Of a stretch of 19,774 nt of DNA, positions 16,201-19,774 are shown piece by piece. Positions within the stretch are counted from its first letter, which is position 1. Each line of letters starts with the position of its first letter. Both the position numbers and the translations under genes were made by a program. Origin of the DNA: a virus. The stretch is from UHGV virus genome UHGV-0311028; one strand, given 5' to 3'. The notes below the pieces were generated by a model, which had not been told where the DNA came from, ran no database searches, and saw only the letters and a list, made by a program, of their open reading frames with translations.

Positions 16201-17688
16201 CTCTATATTGTAATAATCATAAAATAGACTAACCGCTTCTAACTCAACATTCTGAAATCCAATATGTTCATGAATTTCAAAATTATTTCGCTCAACATTC
16301 TCATGTGAAATTGTTACATTTCTATATGTTGTTCTGACTGACATTATCAGACCAAGCCATTCAAAGCATCTGATTTCATCGACAAAACTGTTAATATTGT
16401 CATTCCAGAATTTATTTCCATTACCTTCATTAATAGCATCAATGAAAACCAAGACTCTTTTTCCTGTTTTTTTGCCATATAAATTCAGTTTTTCCAGGAA
16501 TTCACGAGAAGTGATTTTAAGCTGTAATCTCTTGAAGATCTGTGACCATGGAGATTCATCTGAAGTAAGTTGTTGCCCTAGTATGAGTAGAGAAGGATAT
16601 CCAGAAGCAATTCGATTTTTAATCACATCAGCCAGTAAATGAGACTTACCAATTCCAGCTTTTCCTTCGAGAAGTAAGAATGGGTTGTTAGCCAACTTTA
16701 CTGTTGTTGAATTAATGAATGTACGTAATTCATTGCACGCATAGTCAAGTTCCCGAAGCATTCGCAGAGTAGATGAATACTTATCACTGTAATGCTTGGT
16801 TTCACCTACTTGTTCTGACTTTTCTCGGAGTTCCCACAATATTGATTCCGCTCCGCCAATAGCTGTCTGGCAGCTGTCAACATAGTTATTAAATTTATTT
16901 ATAGGAATTTGATCTAATTTAGAAAAATTAAGCCCTTGATATATATCCGCAATTTGATTTAAGGACTCGTCTATTACAGATAATTCTGAGTAAATTACAT
17001 CGCAACTATGTAACCTCTTTCTAGTCATCAGAAAATTATCTATATGTGAGTAAAATATTTTAGCAAAATCATCAGTTCTACCGAGACCATCAAATATCTC
17101 TGCTATTTCTAGCTTTACGTTGAGTTCGGGTGTGTATCGGCCTCCCAAGTCAGCTATTGCTTGACTATTTTTTTCATTTAACCAATCATCACTCAAGTGA
17201 AAAGTTAGTTTCTCATCTATAGACCGCAAAATAAGTTTAACTTGAATAAGCTCTTCATTAATATCGAATATTTTTTCTTTATACGTTTCTTCGATATGTA
17301 GCTTTTTTAACTTCGAACAATTATTGATTTTTAACGATAACATCTCATAAAAAAGGCTGAGTTGTTGTTGAGTTGGGGGGGTGATGCTTGGATATTCTTT
17401 GAACTTGTCTAATAATATCCCTTTGTCAGGAAACTCTTTAAACAAGATGTGTTCATTCAACATCTCAAACAATGGTTCAGAATGATAAAATGGAATTGCT
17501 CCACTTTCTACTGGATATGTTTCTTCAAACTCAATTGCCGTCTCTTCAATTAGTTGATATAATCTATCCACATATCTTTTTTGGGGGAATAATGCTTTCT
17601 TAATACAACCATATCCTTCTTGAGAGATGAATTGATCAATAAGTTTAGTTGCTACATAAGTTGCCACTGTAATTGATATAAGTTCCAT
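13234..17688 (-). CDS. Large P-loop NTPase with NACHT/STAND-like motifs (1484 aa); candidate antiphage defence protein; N- and C-terminal domains unassigned
   Basis: Uninterrupted 4455-nt ORF. ATG at 17688-17686 with upstream GGAAGAAG. Walker A GKAGIGKS (aa 342-349, nt 16642-16665), Walker B-like VLVFIDAINE (aa 412-421) and a sensor-1-like LIMSVRTT (aa 447-454). Strongly AT-rich relative to int and pin. Plus-strand ORFs inside it are short shadows. Confidence 0.85.
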   Translation of the reverse strand: MELISITVATYVATKLIDQFISQEGYGCIKKALFPQKRYVDRLYQLIEETAIEFEETYPVESGAIPFYHSEPLFEMLNEHILFKEFPDKGILLDKFKEYPSITPPTQQQLSLFYEMLSLKINNCSKLKKLHIEETYKEKIFDINEELIQVKLILRSIDEKLTFHLSDDWLNEKNSQAIADLGGRYTPELNVKLEIAEIFDGLGRTDDFAKIFYSHIDNFLMTRKRLHSCDVIYSELSVIDESLNQIADIYQGLNFSKLDQIPINKFNNYVDSCQTAIGGAESILWELREKSEQVGETKHYSDKYSSTLRMLRELDYACNELRTFINSTTVKLANNPFLLLEGKAGIGKSHLLADVIKNRIASGYPSLLILGQQLTSDESPWSQIFKRLQLKITSREFLEKLNLYGKKTGKRVLVFIDAINEGNGNKFWNDNINSFVDEIRCFEWLGLIMSVRTTYRNVTISHENVERNNFEIHEHIGFQNVELEAVSLFYDYYNIERPSSPNLNPEFKNPLFLKLLCEGIKKNGLTKVPVGFNGISNIFNFLVEGVNKSLASPRKYDFDPSFPLVKDALNEIIKFKLEIGSNSISLRDAHSVVQSVVNDYVTDKNFLSALIDEGLLTKGIVRNNDNATEEVVHVAFERFDDHLTVNFLLNDVENIENEFKSDGCLKKYFHDECDFYTNSGIVEALSIQLPEKYGKELYEFLPEFSNNHKLLEAFIDSLIWRDIKAIDFEKIRPFINEHVFKFKGSFDHFLEAVISISGLVDHPFNANFLHDWLKDYSLGNRDSCWTTKLKYKYSEDSAFRHLIDWAWGRTDKSFVSDESIELVATSLCWFLTSSNRELRDCSTKALVSLLEPRIPVLRKIIDKFYGVNDPYVWERIFAVALGCTLRTDNIKELKYLAETVYQKVFCSEYVYPNILLRDYAREIIEFANHLGLELESIELSKTRPPYNSIWPDKIPSKEELESLYDKEPYRELWSSIMEGGDFSRYTIGTNYNHSDWSGCKFNETPVDRKRVFKTFKCKLTDQQKDLYDATDPFIYDDKCEGIKLGSVVGRKTQEEIKASKKLFKNSLSYDLLSEFENEIEPYLDHNNNLLETDKHFDLRLAQQFIFNRVLDLGWDPEKHGDFDQQIGTGRGRREEFQERIGKKYQWIAYYEYMARLADNFIHFEGYGDDRKENPYQGPWEPYVRDIDPTILLKETGTKKISNKEMWWFNDEVFDWTCSNEDWVQSSTTITNPYALIEVKDDNGDEWIVLESYPSWKEPKIIGNDDWGHPRKEVWYQIRSYIVKVEEFENFRCWAIAQDFMGRWMPEGTDRYQLFNREYYWSEAFKSFKSDYYAGSDWTSVTDRESGAKIADVSVTSINYLWGEEFDKSKIEALNFLKPSNLIFEKMGLKNGEVEGSFNDENGTMVCFAAEAVYASKPYLLVKKEPFLTMLRENGFEIVWTLLGEKDVIGGSLTSSHHYGRQEFSGAFYYEDSQLTGSHKTNFTR

Positions 17689-18210
17689 GGTTAGCTTCTT
17701 CCAATAATTAAAATTTTACAAAGCGTTTATGCCTTACAATATGTATTGTATCTCACCGTAAAACATATTTATATGGTTTTAAACCTATCTGTAAATCTTG
17801 ACACCTTGGCAAGAACCTAATCCTACATTTTAATATCAGTCTATATAATATAGCCAGTGTCATAATAATCGGGCTTATCATAGTTAAGTATTCGCCTCCG
17901 ATATCCCAATGAGATAAGTAAGTCATCAGTGTTATAAATGAAAAGATCACATTTTTCAAAGAGTTATTATGATGGAATATTATTCAAAACGCAATGTAGC
18001 TGAAACGAGTCTGAGTTTAACATCCGCTCCTAGTACATAGTAGTCCCAGGGACAGTGGCGTAAAGTCATAGATGGCCGGTGGGAGGTGGTGGAAATCCTC
18101 TCATGCAAAAAATACATAAAATCGATAACGGCTGGAAATCATTCAATACTCGCACTATCGAAAGTTCACCAGCCAACCGCGCACGATCTTGCATACGACA
18201 TGCTACGGTT

Positions 18211-18765
18211 TCATTTATCTCCGACCGGAAACTTCTTATACAGTGTCGATATACCAACATCATAGATGATCGCCACCTTCTGGCGAGGAACGCCTGATGC
18301 AATTAATCGCCCGGCCTGCGCCCATTGTTCTGGTGTAAGTTTGGGACGACGTCCACCAATTCGTCCCTGTGCGCGAGCAGCTTCCAGTCCAGCTTTTGTT
18401 CGTTCAACAATCAGTTCTCGTTCCATTTCAGCCAAGGCCCCCATCACATGAAAGAAAAAACGCCCCATTGGTGTGCTGGTATCAATTGAATCCGTCAGAC
18501 TACGAAAGTTGATGCCTCGTTCGCGCAACTCCTCCACCAACACGACAAGATGCCGCATACTACGCCCCAGCCGATCCAGCTTCCAGACAACCAGAGTGTC
18601 ACCTGCCGATAATGTCCTGAGCAGTTTTTTCAGTCCCGGCCTTTCGGACTTTGTGCCGCTTATCTTGTCTTCAAAAATCAGCTCGCATCCTGCACAGTTC
18701 AGCGCATTACGTTGTAGATCTGTGTTCTGGTCATTTGTTGATACGCGTACATAGCCAATAAGCAT
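18211..18765 (-). CDS. pin: Serine DNA invertase, Pin/Gin/Hin/Cin family
   Basis: MLIGYVRVSTNDQNTDLQRNALN...DRLGRS... carries the resolvase/invertase catalytic serine motif (YVRVST) and a C-terminal HTH, and matches Pin of e14 from memory. SD GGGGGA before the ATG at 18765-18763. The ORF-track start at 18801 adds 12 unlikely residues. Confidence 0.9.
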   Translation of the reverse strand: MLIGYVRVSTNDQNTDLQRNALNCAGCELIFEDKISGTKSERPGLKKLLRTLSAGDTLVVWKLDRLGRSMRHLVVLVEELRERGINFRSLTDSIDTSTPMGRFFFHVMGALAEMERELIVERTKAGLEAARAQGRIGGRRPKLTPEQWAQAGRLIASGVPRQKVAIIYDVGISTLYKKFPVGDK

Positions 18766-18819
18766 GGTAGATCCCCCTGACAAAAGCAGGAATGATGCCA
18801 TTTGCTCGTTATTTCTGCA

Positions 18820-18845
18820 TTTTCATAAACGTTGGTTTGGGAGAA
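18820..18845. other. Candidate invertase crossover site (pix/gix-like), TTTTCATAAACGTTGGTTTGGGAGAA
   Basis: Imperfect dyad with AAAC / GGTTT half-sites resembling the gix/hix consensus (TTATCCAAAACC..GGTTT..GATAA) as recalled. Located between the pin 5' end and the start of the tail-fibre variable exon, as in Mu gixR. Confidence 0.45.
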
Positions 18846-19313
18846 GGCTCTGCATTACCTGTTGGTGTGCCTGTTCCATGGCCTTCAGCCACACCGCCAA
18901 CAGGCTGGCTGAAATGCAACGGTGCGGCTTTTTCTGCTGAAGAATACCCGGAACTGGCAAAGGCTTATCCGACAAATAAATTGCCTGATTTACGTGGTGA
19001 GTTTATTCGTGGCTGGGATGACGGGCGCGGTATTGATGCAGGACGTGTTTTATTGAGCATTCAGACAGGGATGCTGGAAAAACACCGCCATATTGTTGTT
19101 GCCAATGATGGTTACGACACAAAAGATGAATGGGAACTGGCTACGATTTTCAAAAAAACATACACACAAGGACGGGGACTTGATGCCACAAATACAGGAG
19201 GGAGTCTGATCCCATCACCGACACTTCATTCACGAGGGAGTATCGGTAATACTGGCGGGAGTGAAACCCGTCCACGAAATATTGCATTTAACTATATCGT
19301 GAGGGCTGCATAA
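18846..19313 (+). CDS. Tail-fibre protein C-terminal variable exon (alternative, currently pin-proximal and unlinked to a constant 5' part in this window)
   Basis: LPVGVPVPWPSATPPTGWLKCNGAAFSAEEYPELAKAYPTNKLPDLRGEFIRGWDDGRGIDAGR is the conserved C-terminal motif of Mu S / P2 H / e14 StfE-type tail fibres. No credible start of its own: the ORF-track start at 18792 lies upstream of the crossover site. Confidence 0.65.
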   Translation, partial: GSALPVGVPVPWPSATPPTGWLKCNGAAFSAEEYPELAKAYPTNKLPDLRGEFIRGWDDGRGIDAGRVLLSIQTGMLEKHRHIVVANDGYDTKDEWELATIFKKTYTQGRGLDATNTGGSLIPSPTLHSRGSIGNTGGSETRPRNIAFNYIVRAA

Positions 19314-19774
19314 TGGATAACGCCGTATTAAATAGCGAGCTTATTGCCACGAAGGCGGGGAATATTACCGTCTATAACTATGATGGTAAAACTCGGGAAT
19401 ATATTTCTACTTCAAATGAATATCTTGCCATTGGTGTCGGTATCCCTGCATATTCCTGTCTGGATGAACCTGGTATACATAAGGCGGGTTATGCTATCTG
19501 CCGTTCGATGGATTTAAACTCATGGGAATATGTGCCAGACCATCGCGGTGAAATCGTCTATAACACCGAAACGGGAGACGCCAAAGAAATCACAGCTCCG
19601 GGTGATTATCCTGAAAATACAACCACTATCGCCCCGTTAACGCCATTCGATAAATGGGATGGTAAGAAATGGGTGACCGATACTGAGGCACAGCATAGCG
19701 CCGCAGTAGACGCGGCAGAAGTACAGCGTCAGTCACTGATTAATACTGCAATGGCTTCCATTAGTCTGATTCAA
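19313..19774 (+). CDS. tfa: Tail-fibre assembly protein (Tfa/U'-type), 3'-partial (runs off the window end)
   Basis: ATG at 19313 overlaps the stop of the tail-fibre exon (TAATG). Product MDNAVLNSELIATKAGNITVYNYDGK...PDHRGEIVYNTETGDAKEITAPGDYPENTT...KWDGKKWVTDTEAQ... matches the Tfa family pattern (DHRG..VY, PEN.T, W.G..WV.DTEA). Not in the ORF track because no stop occurs in the window. Confidence 0.75.
   Translation, partial: MDNAVLNSELIATKAGNITVYNYDGKTREYISTSNEYLAIGVGIPAYSCLDEPGIHKAGYAICRSMDLNSWEYVPDHRGEIVYNTETGDAKEITAPGDYPENTTTIAPLTPFDKWDGKKWVTDTEAQHSAAVDAAEVQRQSLINTAMASISLIQ

Noticed and set aside
13331-16642. Plus-strand ORFs inside the large NTPase gene (13331-13615, 15158-15364, 15962-16213, 16397-16642)
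   Set aside because: Short antisense frames that arise in AT-rich coding DNA. The minus-strand 1484-codon frame is the only long uninterrupted one.
17753-17959. 68-codon minus-strand ORF in the leader of the NTPase gene
   Set aside because: Begins with TTG, lacks an SD, and sits in AT-rich non-coding-looking sequence. More likely promoter/leader DNA.
18066-18754. ORFs 18066-18302 (-), 18079-18297 (+), 18266-18451 (+) and 18473-18754 (+), plus the 18801 start for pin
   Set aside because: They overlap or lie antisense to the well-supported pin gene. The pin start at 18765 has an SD and matches the invertase family N-terminus (MLIGYVRVST).
12844-19774. Identity with the E. coli K-12 e14 element (pin adjacent to a defence gene)
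   Set aside because: e14 integrates in icd and carries mcrA next to pin. Here the att core is tRNA-Thr-derived and the pin-adjacent gene is a 1484-aa P-loop NTPase, so only the architecture is analogous.

Overview
The window reads as a lambdoid prophage arm (P22/Qin-like mosaic) joined, across a tRNA-derived att core, to an AT-rich cargo segment and an invertible tail-fibre module. Minus strand, right to left: cro-like gene, CII-like gene, replication initiator with internal ori iterons, nin-type genes (Dam methylase, LexA-like HTH protein, RusA, KilA-N protein, DUF968/YdfU-like protein), Q antiterminator, late promoter and terminator, an AT-rich acidic moron, holin, and an R-type endolysin truncated at codon 88. 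Plus strand: CI-type repressor with S24 peptidase domain, an AT-rich membrane-anchored moron, a short early-left operon (HD hydrolase and two small proteins), xis, and a P22-type tyrosine integrase ending 15 bp from a 46-nt copy of the 3' end of a tRNA-Thr gene. Right of the att core lies about 5.4 kb of AT-rich cargo dominated by a single 1484-aa ORF with NACHT/STAND-like NTPase motifs, then a Pin/Gin-family invertase, a crossover site, a silent tail-fibre C-terminal exon and a partial tfa gene. The main lead is that large NTPase gene: it occupies the invertase-to-att slot used by mcrA in e14 and mom in Mu, and its N- and C-terminal regions carry no motif I can assign, so it is a candidate single-gene antiphage defence system. 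Other points of interest: two endolysin fragments fused tail-to-tail at the left edge, an att core flanked by phage DNA on both sides, and two further AT-rich morons in classic moron slots. I found no CRISPR array, no rRNA and no intact tRNA. All homology calls are from reading the translations and from memory of protein families; none was checked against a database.
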